The notes beneath the pieces were generated by a model. That model saw only the letters and a list, made by a program, of their open reading frames with translations, had not been told where the DNA came from and ran no database searches. From Aureliella sp. (GTDB taxonomy: Bacteria > Planctomycetota > Planctomycetia > Pirellulales > Pirellulaceae): a DNA stretch of 64,000 nt. Within the stretch, counting starts at the first letter, position 1, and every line of letters starts with the position of its first letter. Positions 39,148 to 51,072 of the stretch are shown here, piece by piece. The stretch is taken from assembly GCA_963691875.1 (NCBI GenBank), contig OY829846.1, forward strand, positions 1,280,001 to 1,344,000, given 5' to 3'. The position numbers were made by a program, and so were the translations under genes.

Positions 39148-40053
39148 CTAACCTGGGACCAATAAAGTCAGACGTTTGGAGAGTGTCTTGATGTGTAGCG
39201 GCAAGAGCCCGCCTGGATCGCCATCGATTTGAAAGGGGACTTCACTGCCATCAACTGCTTCGATCTTCATCTCACTAAACTTCGCGTGAGAAAAACCCTT
39301 CATCGATTGATGCTTGCGAAAGAATAGTCGGGTAAGGTAGCCAGTACCGAAAAACAGACCGCCCTTCGAAAACTGGCAGAGATCAAGCAAGCCATCCTCT
39401 GGGTCCGCCTGTGGGCAGAATTCCAGCGAGGCAGCGTATCGCGGCACATTAAAAACGAATCCCCAGGCGGCAGAATCCAGCTCGCGAAATTCCTCTCTTT
39501 CGGAATCACGAACCTGAAATTTCAATTGTGGGAAGCGATACTTACTAATCGCACGTAGAATTGGTTTCGTGTAAGACCAACGATTAATGTGCCCTCTGCG
39601 AATGGCGTCCATTTCCTCAACAACCAATGCATCGAATCCGATGCTGGCCATTACCAGGAAGACTTTGTCATTCGCTTGGCCGACATCAATTTGCCGCGAT
39701 ATGCCAGTTTGAATAATTCCAACGGCCTGATCGATCTCGCTTTTGATTCCCAGATAGCGAGCCAGTAGGTTCTCAGTCCCCAGAGGGAAAAGCTGCAGCG
39801 GAATATCATGCGGCAAAAGGTTGGCCAGGGCATCAGCTGTTCCATCACCACCTGCAGCAATCACCGCGCGAAGCTGGCCTTCGGCATGAAGCTTTGGCGC
39901 GAGTGCTGCGATTTCTTGCAAGTCGTAGATTACCTGCGACTGATATCCGCTCGAGCAGATGCCCTCATTCAAAGCGGTTACTCTGGGACCGGATTCCGTT
40001 GCGCCCGATTTCGGGTTAGCAGCAATCAAGATTTGTCTTCCGGAACCCGGCAT
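39148..40053 (-). CDS. Diacylglycerol/lipid kinase family protein
   Basis: NPKSG, GGDGT, PLGTEN, QIDGD. Confidence 0.9.
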   Translation of the reverse strand: MPGSGRQILIAANPKSGATESGPRVTALNEGICSSGYQSQVIYDLQEIAALAPKLHAEGQLRAVIAAGGDGTADALANLLPHDIPLQLFPLGTENLLARYLGIKSEIDQAVGIIQTGISRQIDVGQANDKVFLVMASIGFDALVVEEMDAIRRGHINRWSYTKPILRAISKYRFPQLKFQVRDSEREEFRELDSAAWGFVFNVPRYAASLEFCPQADPEDGLLDLCQFSKGGLFFGTGYLTRLFFRKHQSMKGFSHAKFSEMKIEAVDGSEVPFQIDGDPGGLLPLHIKTLSKRLTLLVPG

Positions 40054-40074
40054 GACGATGCTCCGGAGGATGTG

Positions 40075-40350
40075 CTAAAGCGACCGTCGGGCTCGCAAAG
40101 AAGCAAAGCAATGCTTGATGCGAAAGCATCCGTGCGAAACAAAGTTGCGTAGCGGCCGGAAAAGCAACAGGGCTCCAAGCAGACAAAAGAGAAACAACGG
40201 GAATGCATGGCTCGGATGCGAAAGGAAGTGGATCGCTTCTGCGTCTCTTGATAAGATCGAATGCCCAGGGTGAGCCATCGTGGTGCTGGCAAGGCATAGC
40301 CACAACGCAGACATAATGAAGACGCGTCTAAACAAACTCATCGCGCACAC
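40075..40350 (-). CDS. Small membrane protein with AHPGH motif
   Basis: Signal peptide ending at AHPGH, further His residues, one TM helix. Confidence 0.5.
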   Translation of the reverse strand: MCAMSLFRRVFIMSALWLCLASTTMAHPGHSILSRDAEAIHFLSHPSHAFPLFLFCLLGALLLFRPLRNFVSHGCFRIKHCFASLRARRSL

Positions 40351-40367
40351 CAGTTCGTGTAAAAGCC

Positions 40368-40907
40368 TCAGGAATCTGACGGAGCGTCGTCCGACTTGCC
40401 TAGTTGAGAATTCACCAAGTCAACTGGGATAGGGATACCCTTAAGGATTCCGTCGACAGCCAATGACTCACGCACAAAACCTTGAAAACGCGTGACAACA
40501 ATTCGTCCACGACGAAGCTTGGTCATGCCACAAACGAGCACGAGTCGATCTCCAGGCAAGACAGGATCGCGGAAACGGACATCTTCCAGCCCGCCAAATC
40601 CGACCATCGCTGCCCCCAGCAAGTCATGCTTTTGGGAAAAGTAGCTGCACATCTGTGCAGCCGCCTCCAACATTACAACCCCCGGCATCAAGGGCATGTT
40701 AGGCATATGCCCACGCACCCAGAATTCGTCGTAGGCCAGATCTTTGTAGCCAGCACAAACGTGGTTTTCGAGATCCTCGTAGACAATCGCTGTCAACTGC
40801 TCCATCTCGAATCTCTGCGGATTGTACTTCCGAATCTCCTCTTGATCGGCAATCACATTGCTTAGATCGAGAGTAGCAGGATCCAAGATTAAGTCTCGAC
40901 CGGCCAA
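40368..40907 (-). CDS. fabZ: 3-hydroxyacyl-ACP dehydratase, FabZ/FabA family
   Basis: NPQRFEM, GHMP..PLMPGV.MLEAAAQ, FRDPVLPGD. Confidence 0.85.
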   Translation of the reverse strand: MAGRDLILDPATLDLSNVIADQEEIRKYNPQRFEMEQLTAIVYEDLENHVCAGYKDLAYDEFWVRGHMPNMPLMPGVVMLEAAAQMCSYFSQKHDLLGAAMVGFGGLEDVRFRDPVLPGDRLVLVCGMTKLRRGRIVVTRFQGFVRESLAVDGILKGIPIPVDLVNSQLGKSDDAPSDS

Positions 40908-41544
40908 CTAAATCACTCCTGGAGAACGCTGCCCCAGAGAGGGGCGAGTCACTGATTTGCGAAGGGGAAGCTGTATAGGTTACAAATCCGAGCAAAATCG
41001 TTCTGTTCGGTTGCGCTCAAATTCAACCCTAAAGTGCAGGTAGAAACTAAGTTTTAATCTTCTTTCGCTTCGCTTTCCGGACCTTCGCATTTGCAGGGCG
41101 GGCACCGTGATTCGCCTTCTTAACTTTGCGGTGTGGCTTAGACATCTGACTCTTCCTAAATTAAAAGCGTGCGTCTTCTGATGCTATATGTGACTCGGCA
41201 CCTACCAGCACTTTCTGGGGGTGCGTTAGATTTCAACTCGAACCGATAGGGTATCAACAAACACCAAGGCAGAAAAGGCTCTTTTAACGCTTTGCCTCGT
41301 CCTTCAAACCACGCATCGGGTGGTTTCCGCGAATTGTTCACGGTTACGGAGCATTTTTGCCCCCACTTCCATTGGAATTACCTCTAATCGTCTTAGAATA
41401 GGACGTTCCTTTGTCGTAGTACGCTTTTCTACCCGAACCCCTTCTCGGACTAGCTGGCTTTCCTATTCTGAGTTTTAAAGTCACTAGTTTTGCTGCACGG
41501 CACTCCGCGTTCCTTTTCACTGCATTCATTAATGGGCTCACAGG

Positions 41545-43218
41545 ATGGATAGTTTCGAGCGGAATTCGGCGCAGTCTGGAGATGGCGATTCACTAGCAGA
41601 CATCCCCTCTGTCGAAGCCGAATTGGTTGAGGCTATCCCCTCAGATGAAGCGCCCTTGGAACCTGTTCTTACTGAAATTGTGCCTGCCACTGGTTCTTCA
41701 GGAAACACGGTGCCTCTGAATGAGGAAGAGCGCGAAGAGCTTATCGCCCAGGAAACTCGGCGGAAGATGTTGCTTGCCGCAGTGCCAAGCTGGATCGTCA
41801 GTCTGCTGGTTCACGTTGGTCTTATCGTCGTCCTGGCAGCTGTCACGCTGGATCCAGTTAGCACCGTTCTGAATGTCTTAGAAGCTTCAGAATCAGAGCC
41901 AACGGAGACTGTCGATAACATGGACATCCCGGAGGTCGGAGTGGAATCATCTGCCACGTCAGACGATCCATTGGCCATCGAAACACCAGAGTTGACAGAA
42001 GAAGTGGCAATGCCAGAGGTAACTGCACCAGAAATGCCAGTCTTCGAGCAGATGGTGGATATCAACGCGAATGCTGTCACGGAGAGCATCATGCCTTCCG
42101 CGATGCTCAGTAGCAACGTTTTGTCTCAGCTATCCTCTTCGCTATCGAGTCGCTCAGCTCAAGGTAAAGCAGAGATGCTCGAGCGATTTGGTGGGACTGC
42201 AGCAAGTGAAAAAGCAGTAGCGCGCGCCCTGCGTTGGTTAGCAGTGCATCAAGCTCCTGACGGCGGCTGGACTTTTTTGCACTCCCAAGTCTGCAGAGGC
42301 AAATGCAAGGAAGATGGACGTCACGAGCAAGCTCGCGCCGGCGCGACTGCCATGGCTCTGCTGCCGTTCTTGGGCGCTGGTCAAACGCATCTAGACGGCC
42401 AATACAAAGCAGAAGTCTACAAAGGGCTTTCGTTCCTGATCAATCGACTCAAAGTTGAGCCTTCTCCGATACTCCCAACGGGTAGCTGGCACGAGCCTGG
42501 TGGGCGGATGTATTCACACAGTTGCGCGGCGATTGCCATCTGTGAAGCTTACGCAATGACGAAGGATCCTGATCTGCTACAACCAGCACAACTTTCACTG
42601 AACTATCTGATCAAGGCCCAACATCCAATGGGTGGCTGGCGTTACACTCCCGGACAAGCGGGAGATACGAGTGCAGTTGGATGGTGCCTAATGGCTCTCA
42701 AGAGCGGTCGTATGGGCGGACTAGCGGTTCCTGGAAATGTTTTCCAAGCAACAGACAGGTTTCTGGACTTTGTTTCTCACGAGAACGGAACGCACTACGG
42801 CTACACAACTGGGAACGATTACAAAGGCGGACATAAGGGCTGCACACCGGTAGGCGTTCTTTCACGCATGTACCTAGGCTACGACAAAGAAGAAGAAGTC
42901 GTGCAGAATGGCGTTAAGTTTCTAGCCTCGCAAGGCCCAGACTTGAACGACTTGTACTATACCTACTACGCAACGCAAGTGATGCGGCATCATGGCGGAG
43001 AGGAGTGGGAGCGTTGGAACAACAAGCTGCGTGACAAGCTTATCGAATCACAGGTTCAAACTGGTCACGCTGTTGGCAGCTTCTACAGCAAAGGCGGCCA
43101 TGTCGAGTCTGGCGGCCGACTAGCGGCAACTTCGTTCGCGACGATGATTCTGGAGGTCTATTATCGTCACATGCCGCTATACTCGAAAAAGTCCTCTGAC
43201 GATGACTTTGAGATCTAG
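41545..43218 (+). CDS. Membrane-anchored prenyltransferase/squalene oxidase repeat protein
   Basis: SLLVH TM anchor, acidic linker, Q..DGGW and GGWRY repeats. Confidence 0.85.
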   Translation: MDSFERNSAQSGDGDSLADIPSVEAELVEAIPSDEAPLEPVLTEIVPATGSSGNTVPLNEEEREELIAQETRRKMLLAAVPSWIVSLLVHVGLIVVLAAVTLDPVSTVLNVLEASESEPTETVDNMDIPEVGVESSATSDDPLAIETPELTEEVAMPEVTAPEMPVFEQMVDINANAVTESIMPSAMLSSNVLSQLSSSLSSRSAQGKAEMLERFGGTAASEKAVARALRWLAVHQAPDGGWTFLHSQVCRGKCKEDGRHEQARAGATAMALLPFLGAGQTHLDGQYKAEVYKGLSFLINRLKVEPSPILPTGSWHEPGGRMYSHSCAAIAICEAYAMTKDPDLLQPAQLSLNYLIKAQHPMGGWRYTPGQAGDTSAVGWCLMALKSGRMGGLAVPGNVFQATDRFLDFVSHENGTHYGYTTGNDYKGGHKGCTPVGVLSRMYLGYDKEEEVVQNGVKFLASQGPDLNDLYYTYYATQVMRHHGGEEWERWNNKLRDKLIESQVQTGHAVGSFYSKGGHVESGGRLAATSFATMILEVYYRHMPLYSKKSSDDDFEI

Positions 43219-43478
43219 CTCTCAAGCGTGGACCTCAACTGAATCGTTTAAGTCCTTTTCCCCACTGAGAGCCCAGGCGAGAGACTGGGTTTACTGGCTA
43301 GTCTGACGCTAAGTTTTTGCATTTGGACTTCGAAGGAAAGTCGCTGAACATTTTCGATGGTGACAGGTCTACCTCGACCGTTTTACGCACTCCGACGAGC
43401 ATCTCCCCTTGAGTAATTCGTGCTCTTTCGAGACGATGGTCGCGTCTGAATTGTCTTACTCCTCGAACGGTTAGCACG

Positions 43479-44567
<1,089 letters not shown>

Positions 44568-44655
44568 CGGCTTCGCACTCTGCATTATCGATTGCAGCTT
44601 GTTAAGATGTTGTCTCGACCAATCACCATCCTCCAGGCCAAAGGAAACACCATTT

Positions 44656-45075
44656 ATGAAATGCTGCCCGCACTCAACGCGATACCTTGGATTCTTTCTC
44701 GCCGTTACCGTATTGGTAGGAGCCTTTGCCCTAATGAACCAACAGCAATCTCTTGCGGACGACAAGGACGCTAGACTTCTCCGTCACGTGGTAATGTTCA
44801 AGTTCAAGGAGACTTCCTCCAAGAAACAGGTCCAGGAAGTGGTTGATGCATTTTGTGCGTTGCCGAGCAAGATCACAGAAATCCGCGAATTCGAATACGG
44901 CCTGAACAACAGTCCCGAAGGCAAGAATGATGGGCTTACGCACTGTTTCCTATTGACCTTCCATAGCGAAAAGGACCGCGAAGTATACTTGCCGCATCCG
45001 GCCCACAAAGCCTTTGGCAAGATTGTTAGGCCGCATGTCGAGAAGGTAACGGTGTTCGACTACTGGACTAAGTAG
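44656..45075 (+). CDS. Dabb family (stress-responsive A/B barrel) protein with signal peptide
   Basis: LRHVVMFKFK, NNSPE, YLPHPAH. Confidence 0.9.
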   Translation: MKCCPHSTRYLGFFLAVTVLVGAFALMNQQQSLADDKDARLLRHVVMFKFKETSSKKQVQEVVDAFCALPSKITEIREFEYGLNNSPEGKNDGLTHCFLLTFHSEKDREVYLPHPAHKAFGKIVRPHVEKVTVFDYWTK

Positions 45076-45096
45076 TCGCTTACCACGACAAGGGCT

Positions 45097-46002
45097 GTGC
45101 ATCCAATGCACACTTCATTCAACATGTTTTCTGCATCTCCACGGCTCGCCTGGGTCACCGACCCACATTTCAACTTTGTGCATCAGGCTGAGCGAGACAG
45201 CCTCATCATGGAGCTAGATGCCAGTGGTGCAGATGCAATTGCACTGACAGGAGACATCTCCGAAGCTGAAGACTTATGCTGGCAGCTTAAGCGTTTTCAA
45301 CAAGAGACCGCAAAACCTATTTGCTTCGTCCTTGGGAACCACGACTTCTATCATGGTTCAATTGGAAACACGCGACGAGCCGTTCGCGAGCTTTGTGGTC
45401 AGGAGTCGAGCGAACTCTATTTCTTGACCGGTGCCGAGCCATTACGACTATCCAACGACTGGACACTTTGCGGTGAAGACGGTTGGGCCGACGCGCGGAT
45501 CGGCAACTACTTTCGTTCTCCGGTGCGTATGCATGATTTTCGCTTGATCGAAGACTTTCAAGGGCTCAATGACCTCGAGATCTTCAACTTCCTCAGACTG
45601 GAAGGCATGCGTTCGGCTATCCGTTTGCGGAGACAACTCGAGATCTCGCGGACACAGTCGAGCAAGTCGCTAGTTCTAACGCATGTCCCACCGTTTCGCG
45701 AAGCTTGCTGGCACGAAGGCAAGCACTCAGGTGACGACTGGGCACCGTTCTTTACTTGCCGTGCAGTTGGCTGGATGCTGCTCAAGTTCTGTGAGCGATT
45801 TCCGGACCATCAAGTGTTAGTCCTATGCGGGCACACACATGGCGGCGGCAAATCCCGTATGGCTGACAACCTATTCGTCTGGACCGGTGAGGCTAAGTAC
45901 GGGCACCCGGAGCTGAATCGCATTGTGGACGCTTCAAGTTTTCAAGCTTACGACCACGACTGGTGTTTCACGGATCAGCATCGGAGCTCGTTTGATGCCT
46001 GA
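45097..46002 (+). CDS. Calcineurin-like metallophosphoesterase
   Basis: DPH, TGD, GNHD, THVPP, GHTH. Confidence 0.9.
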   Translation: MHPMHTSFNMFSASPRLAWVTDPHFNFVHQAERDSLIMELDASGADAIALTGDISEAEDLCWQLKRFQQETAKPICFVLGNHDFYHGSIGNTRRAVRELCGQESSELYFLTGAEPLRLSNDWTLCGEDGWADARIGNYFRSPVRMHDFRLIEDFQGLNDLEIFNFLRLEGMRSAIRLRRQLEISRTQSSKSLVLTHVPPFREACWHEGKHSGDDWAPFFTCRAVGWMLLKFCERFPDHQVLVLCGHTHGGGKSRMADNLFVWTGEAKYGHPELNRIVDASSFQAYDHDWCFTDQHRSSFDA

Positions 46003-47422
46003 AAACTCCGCCAGACAAGAGAGAAGGATTCAGCCTACTACTGTTTTCTTTGCCGTTTTCTTCGTCTCAACTGCGATCCAATTGCTATTTGCAATGCAAG
46101 ATCCCTGGCTGACCCGGCCGCCCAAATCAGTAGGTGATGGACTGCAGTATGAGAACATCGCCTTTCATCTTTGGAGCACTGGTGAATATCGCTTTGACAA
46201 TTCATCACCGGATTGGCGGATCACTTATGAGGCGGCTAGCTCCCAGCTAGAGAAAGATCGTGGTGCAGCGGACTACTCTGTGCACCTTGACGCACCCGAA
46301 CGAAATTTGCTTGCCAGCGACCGCCCCCCTCTTTACCCAATGATCGTCGCCGGGTTTTATTCGATCCTAGGCCGGGGCGCCGCTTCCTTCGTCGCAACGC
46401 ATCTATTTTCGCACTTGTGTCTTGCCCTATCCAGCGCGCTTGCCGCGGTCGTTGTCGTTCGACTTTTGCGGATTTGCTCCCCGATGGCTTCTGATCGAAT
46501 TGCTATCGGGCTGGCCTTTCTGCCCATGGTTTTTAGCGTCACCAATCGGACTCTGCAAAGTTACACAAGCGACTTTCTCACGGAGCCGCTGGCAATGGTA
46601 TTGATGCAAGGCACCGTTCTGATGCTCCTTAATCTTTGCAGCTCTGCTGATAATCGACGCGCAAGAGTGTGGTCCTGCATTCTGGCTGGCGTCTCACTTG
46701 GAGCCCTGATTCTGACTCGGTCCGTCATCGTTCTTTGGCTCCCAGGATGGCTCTTTCTGCTGCTGCTCCTGCCGTGTTCCAGTCGCAAGTCGGCACTCAA
46801 ACATGCAGCCTGTATCTTGTTCGTAACGTGCATCCTATGCTCGCCATGGTGGATACGAAATATTGCCGTCACCGGGCGTTTTCTACCACTTGGAACCCAA
46901 GGTATGATCGCGTTGCTAGGAGGCTACAACAAATGGTCTTGGGAAGACGGAGGCGAATGGCGTTTCGAGGCGGAACGAGAATTGCGTAGCAATCTGAGAC
47001 AAGAAGAGACGTGGCAGAACGCCAGTTCTGACCTGGAACGTGAGCTACTGGTATACGATGCTGCTCGTGAAGAGCTGTCTCGTTTTGCCCGCATGCATCT
47101 CGCAGGTCTCTCGCGAATCGGCATAGCTCGAACCGTTACACATTGGAATCCTTACTCAGGCAGGAGCCTCATCTGGAAAGGACTCATTCTCTGGGGTGTC
47201 GGTTTGCTCTTCGTGAAATGCAGGAACTTACGTTCGAGCGGTGGTGATTCCAATTACCTGAAGGCAACAACGATTCTGTACTTGGGCTTGCCAATCCTGA
47301 GCACACTCATGGCAGCGATTCTGTACACGGTGGGCGGGAGATTCTTGCTTCCCTCGTATGGCTTGCTGAACACGCTCGCCGCACTTGGTGTGGCTAAAAT
47401 CCTTCTGTGGGCTAAGGACTAA
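45995..47422 (+). CDS. GT-C fold (ArnT/PMT-like) membrane glycosyltransferase
   Basis: DG..Y, RPPLYP, LTEPL, PWWIRN and multiple TM helices. Confidence 0.7.
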   Translation: MPENSARQERRIQPTTVFFAVFFVSTAIQLLFAMQDPWLTRPPKSVGDGLQYENIAFHLWSTGEYRFDNSSPDWRITYEAASSQLEKDRGAADYSVHLDAPERNLLASDRPPLYPMIVAGFYSILGRGAASFVATHLFSHLCLALSSALAAVVVVRLLRICSPMASDRIAIGLAFLPMVFSVTNRTLQSYTSDFLTEPLAMVLMQGTVLMLLNLCSSADNRRARVWSCILAGVSLGALILTRSVIVLWLPGWLFLLLLLPCSSRKSALKHAACILFVTCILCSPWWIRNIAVTGRFLPLGTQGMIALLGGYNKWSWEDGGEWRFEAERELRSNLRQEETWQNASSDLERELLVYDAAREELSRFARMHLAGLSRIGIARTVTHWNPYSGRSLIWKGLILWGVGLLFVKCRNLRSSGGDSNYLKATTILYLGLPILSTLMAAILYTVGGRFLLPSYGLLNTLAALGVAKILLWAKD

Positions 47423-47722
47423 AGAAGACGGTGAGCGTCGGGTAGAACTTAATCCAGGCAGCATATGGGAAGAAGAGTGGGATCCTTACGTTACTTAGAG
47501 TGGTTTTTACAGCCGTCCTAATCGGAAATGGTGGCTCCAACCGTGCCGTTTGCTTGCCGCCATGATGCGAGATGAATTAGAATGTTGAGTACAGTTCTTG
47601 ACATCGCTACGCTACGATCAGGGCCCTAGTGCCCAGGTTTGTCCCCCAGAACGCACCTTACCCAGACCTAGTTGCTCATCACCGCGTTCTGGCTAGTTCC
47701 TCCCAAACTCGGAGAGTCTTAC

Positions 47723-49699
47723 ATGAAGGCTCGCATTACAAGTGATCTTTCCATGCACTCCAAGCCCTTTTGGGGACGATTGGCACTCTGCACTTTGCTC
47801 GTTTTGATGTCGACTGGCCTCGCTGAGGCTCAGAGCAAGGGCAAGAAGATGAAGTCCAAGAAGTTCAAGGGATACGGTCTTCCCGATCCGGTCAAAACGG
47901 CAACCAAGGTGAAAATGCGAGTCGTGCCCGTAGATGCGGAACGAGCCCAAGAATGCAAAGATGTGGCGGCTAAGATCGACGAAATGGTCGAAGCCAAGCT
48001 CAAAACGCAAGGCATCGAACCCAATGCGATGGCTAACGATTACACCTTTGTGCGTCGAGTCTATTTGGACGCGGTTGGGACGATTCCGACACTGATCGAA
48101 ACGAACGCTTACGCAGCAACTAAGGCTTCCAACAAGCGCGAAGTCGCTATAGATAAACTTCTGAGCTCACCTGGCTACGTCAGCCATATGTACAACTACT
48201 GGGCGAACATTCTTCGCGTAAAAGATCGACCAAACAACAACATTATCGGTTTTCCTTTTCGAGATTACCTCAAGGAGACGTTGCGGAAGAACATGCCTTA
48301 CGACAAGTGGGTCACCGAGATGCTGACTGCGGAAGGCAAAATCTGGGACAACCCAGCAGTCGGCTATACACTTCGAGACAATGGAATGCCTCTGGTACAT
48401 GTCGACAACACAGTACGCGTGTTCCTTGGAACGCAGATTGGTTGTGCGCAATGCCACGATCATCCATTCGACAAATGGACGCAACAAGAGTTCTATCAAC
48501 TGGCCGCATTCACGCATGGCACCCGTACTCGAGACGGCGGTGGAACACCCGCTTTTAAGAACGGTAACCCAATCACACGAGTTCGTAAGGAACTCACGGA
48601 GATGGATGATAGTAAGCGACTCACCGGCTCGAAGAACTTACTATTGCAAGCGAACTTATTCCGAGTTTCGTTCAACGACAAACGCAAGCTTAAGCTGCCG
48701 CATGACTATCAGTATGACGACGCGAAGCCCAATCAATTGGTGAAGCCCAATTTTCTTTGGGGAGAAGCTCCTTCGGGAGCGAAGGAACTCTCTCCTCGCG
48801 AGCAGTACGCAGCTTGGCTTACCGACTCGAAGAATCCACGTTTTGCAAAGACGGTCGCCAACCGACTTTGGAAGAAAGTGATGGGCGTAGGCTTGATTGA
48901 GCCAGTCGATGATATCACCGATAATACCGTCAGCCAAAATGATGAGCTGATGGACTTCTTGACGAAAGAGATGATTCGTTTGAAGTTCAATCAAAAAGAA
49001 TTCATCCGAACTTTGATGTACACCCGCACCTACCAACGGGCAAGCAGTGATTATGATCCCTCAGAGGCGGAGTTCTATCACTACCCAGGTCCGCGTTTGC
49101 GGCGCATGTCGGCAGAGCAAGCCTGGGATTCCATCCTAACCATCGCAGTGTACAACCCGATTTCTTACGATCTGCCGGCGACAGAACAGCTCGCCGACAC
49201 CGTCAATATGGACTTGTCCCAAGTCAACTACGCGGAAGTCGAGAAGAAAGCCAAAGAGTATGACGAGACTGTTGGTCCGCGTGCTCGAACGAAGATCATG
49301 AATAAGTCGGCCTATCAGCGGCAAGTCCTCGCTCGCGCTTCCGAACTGCAATCTCCACTTCCAGCCGATCATTTTATCCGGCAGTTTGGTCAATGTGACC
49401 GGGAAACGATCGAAGGTGACAGCACTGACCCGACGGTGCCCCAAGTCTTGACGATGTTCAATGGACTCTTCACGCACATGATGTTGGAGAAGGGCTCGGT
49501 CATCAACGACAGTGTGATGAAATCTGCCAACGTCCGTGATGCAATGAACGTCATGTTCAAATCCATCCTGAACCGACCTCCAACTTCGCGAGATCGTGAC
49601 ATCGCGATGAAGGAGATGACCCGAGGTGACCGAGTTATGGGCTACGGCAACGTGATCTGGGCCTTGATCAACACACGCGAGTTCCTGTTCATTCAGTGA
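47723..49699 (+). CDS. DUF1549/DUF1553 domain protein
   Basis: FVRRVYLD, CAQCHDHPFD, NRLWKKVMGVGLIEPVDD, WALINTREF. Confidence 0.92.
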   Translation: MKARITSDLSMHSKPFWGRLALCTLLVLMSTGLAEAQSKGKKMKSKKFKGYGLPDPVKTATKVKMRVVPVDAERAQECKDVAAKIDEMVEAKLKTQGIEPNAMANDYTFVRRVYLDAVGTIPTLIETNAYAATKASNKREVAIDKLLSSPGYVSHMYNYWANILRVKDRPNNNIIGFPFRDYLKETLRKNMPYDKWVTEMLTAEGKIWDNPAVGYTLRDNGMPLVHVDNTVRVFLGTQIGCAQCHDHPFDKWTQQEFYQLAAFTHGTRTRDGGGTPAFKNGNPITRVRKELTEMDDSKRLTGSKNLLLQANLFRVSFNDKRKLKLPHDYQYDDAKPNQLVKPNFLWGEAPSGAKELSPREQYAAWLTDSKNPRFAKTVANRLWKKVMGVGLIEPVDDITDNTVSQNDELMDFLTKEMIRLKFNQKEFIRTLMYTRTYQRASSDYDPSEAEFYHYPGPRLRRMSAEQAWDSILTIAVYNPISYDLPATEQLADTVNMDLSQVNYAEVEKKAKEYDETVGPRARTKIMNKSAYQRQVLARASELQSPLPADHFIRQFGQCDRETIEGDSTDPTVPQVLTMFNGLFTHMMLEKGSVINDSVMKSANVRDAMNVMFKSILNRPPTSRDRDIAMKEMTRGDRVMGYGNVIWALINTREFLFIQ

Positions 49700-49749
49700 T
49701 ACCTTGGTTCATGAATTTTCAAAGCAAACCAATCACAAAAAGCGAAGCT

Positions 49750-51072
49750 ATGTCTCCTCGATTCACTCCCGAACTTGCCATTCAAGGCCTCGATCCGGAG
49801 CAAGATCGACGCACTTTCATGTCGACAGCAGCCAAGTCATTGCTCGGTGTCAGTGTCGCAGGTGCTTTGACCAATAGCGGCATGAACTCTATCGCGCATG
49901 CTGCCGCGGCAACATCTGTCGCTGGCAAAGCAAAGAGCGTGATCTATCTGTATATGACCGGCGCTATGAGTCACTTGGATACCTTCGATCCCAAACCGGG
50001 ATCCGAAAGCCAAGGAGAGACCCAGCCTACCAAGACGCGAGTTCCTGGCATTCAGATCACCGATAAGATGCCCAAGCTCGCCTATCTGATGAATGGAATT
50101 GCGCTCGTACGGAGCCTGACTACTGAAACTGGTGCTCACGAGCAGGGACGCTATCTGATGCGGACCAGCTACAAACCGCTGAAATCAATACGCCACCCAG
50201 CTCTCGGCACGTGGGCGAACCACATTCTCAAGAAAGCCAACCCGAATCTGCCTGGTAATGTCTTGATCGGTTCAGCGGCAGGGCACCCAGCCGCTGGATT
50301 TCTGCCGGCGTCGATTGCTCCTGTTCCGATTTCCAATCCGGCAGCTGGCTTACAAAATTCCAAGTCGCCGGGATACGTGGACGACGATATTTTTCGCAAA
50401 CGCATGTCTCTGGCAAGGCAGTTTGATGCAAAGTTCAAGACCAGCGTAGACAGTCACCTCGTTCAAGCCTACGACGAGACGTATCGCGAAGCTGTTCGGT
50501 TGATGGGCTCTTTCGAACTCAATGTCTTTGACATCAAGCAAGAGAAGCAAGAAATCCGTGACTTCTATGGTGACAATCGATTCGGTCAGGGCTGTCTGTT
50601 GGCTCGTCGATTGGTGCAGAAGGGAGTCCGGTTTGTCGAAGTCGAGTATGATGGCTGGGACAACCACAATGATATCTACTCGCGTATCCCTGGGCTAGCA
50701 ACCAACGTCGATAACGCCGTCGGAGCTTTGCTCAAAGATTTGGCATCGAAAGGCATGCTCGACGAAGTGCTCGTTGTCATTGCGACTGAGTTCGGTCGGA
50801 CGCCGAAGATCAATGAGAATGCCGGGCGCGATCACCACCCAGGAGTCTTCTCTGGACTGATGTGCGGAGCCGGAATTCGCGGCGGTCAGGTTTATGGCAA
50901 GTCAGACGACAAAGGCCATTCGCCCGAAGAGGACGCAGTTTACCCCGAAGACTTCAATGCAACGATTGCGGCCGCGATGGGCTTGCCACTGGAGGAAGAG
51001 TTCTTTGCTCCCAATGGCCGGCCCTTCCGAATCTGCAACAGCGGTACCCCAATCGAAGAGCTGCTCGCGTAG
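49750..51072 (+). CDS. DUF1501 domain protein
   Basis: Tat motif DRRTFM, SHLDTFDPKP, WDNH, EFGRTP, GRDH. Confidence 0.92.
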   Translation: MSPRFTPELAIQGLDPEQDRRTFMSTAAKSLLGVSVAGALTNSGMNSIAHAAAATSVAGKAKSVIYLYMTGAMSHLDTFDPKPGSESQGETQPTKTRVPGIQITDKMPKLAYLMNGIALVRSLTTETGAHEQGRYLMRTSYKPLKSIRHPALGTWANHILKKANPNLPGNVLIGSAAGHPAAGFLPASIAPVPISNPAAGLQNSKSPGYVDDDIFRKRMSLARQFDAKFKTSVDSHLVQAYDETYREAVRLMGSFELNVFDIKQEKQEIRDFYGDNRFGQGCLLARRLVQKGVRFVEVEYDGWDNHNDIYSRIPGLATNVDNAVGALLKDLASKGMLDEVLVVIATEFGRTPKINENAGRDHHPGVFSGLMCGAGIRGGQVYGKSDDKGHSPEEDAVYPEDFNATIAAAMGLPLEEEFFAPNGRPFRICNSGTPIEELLA

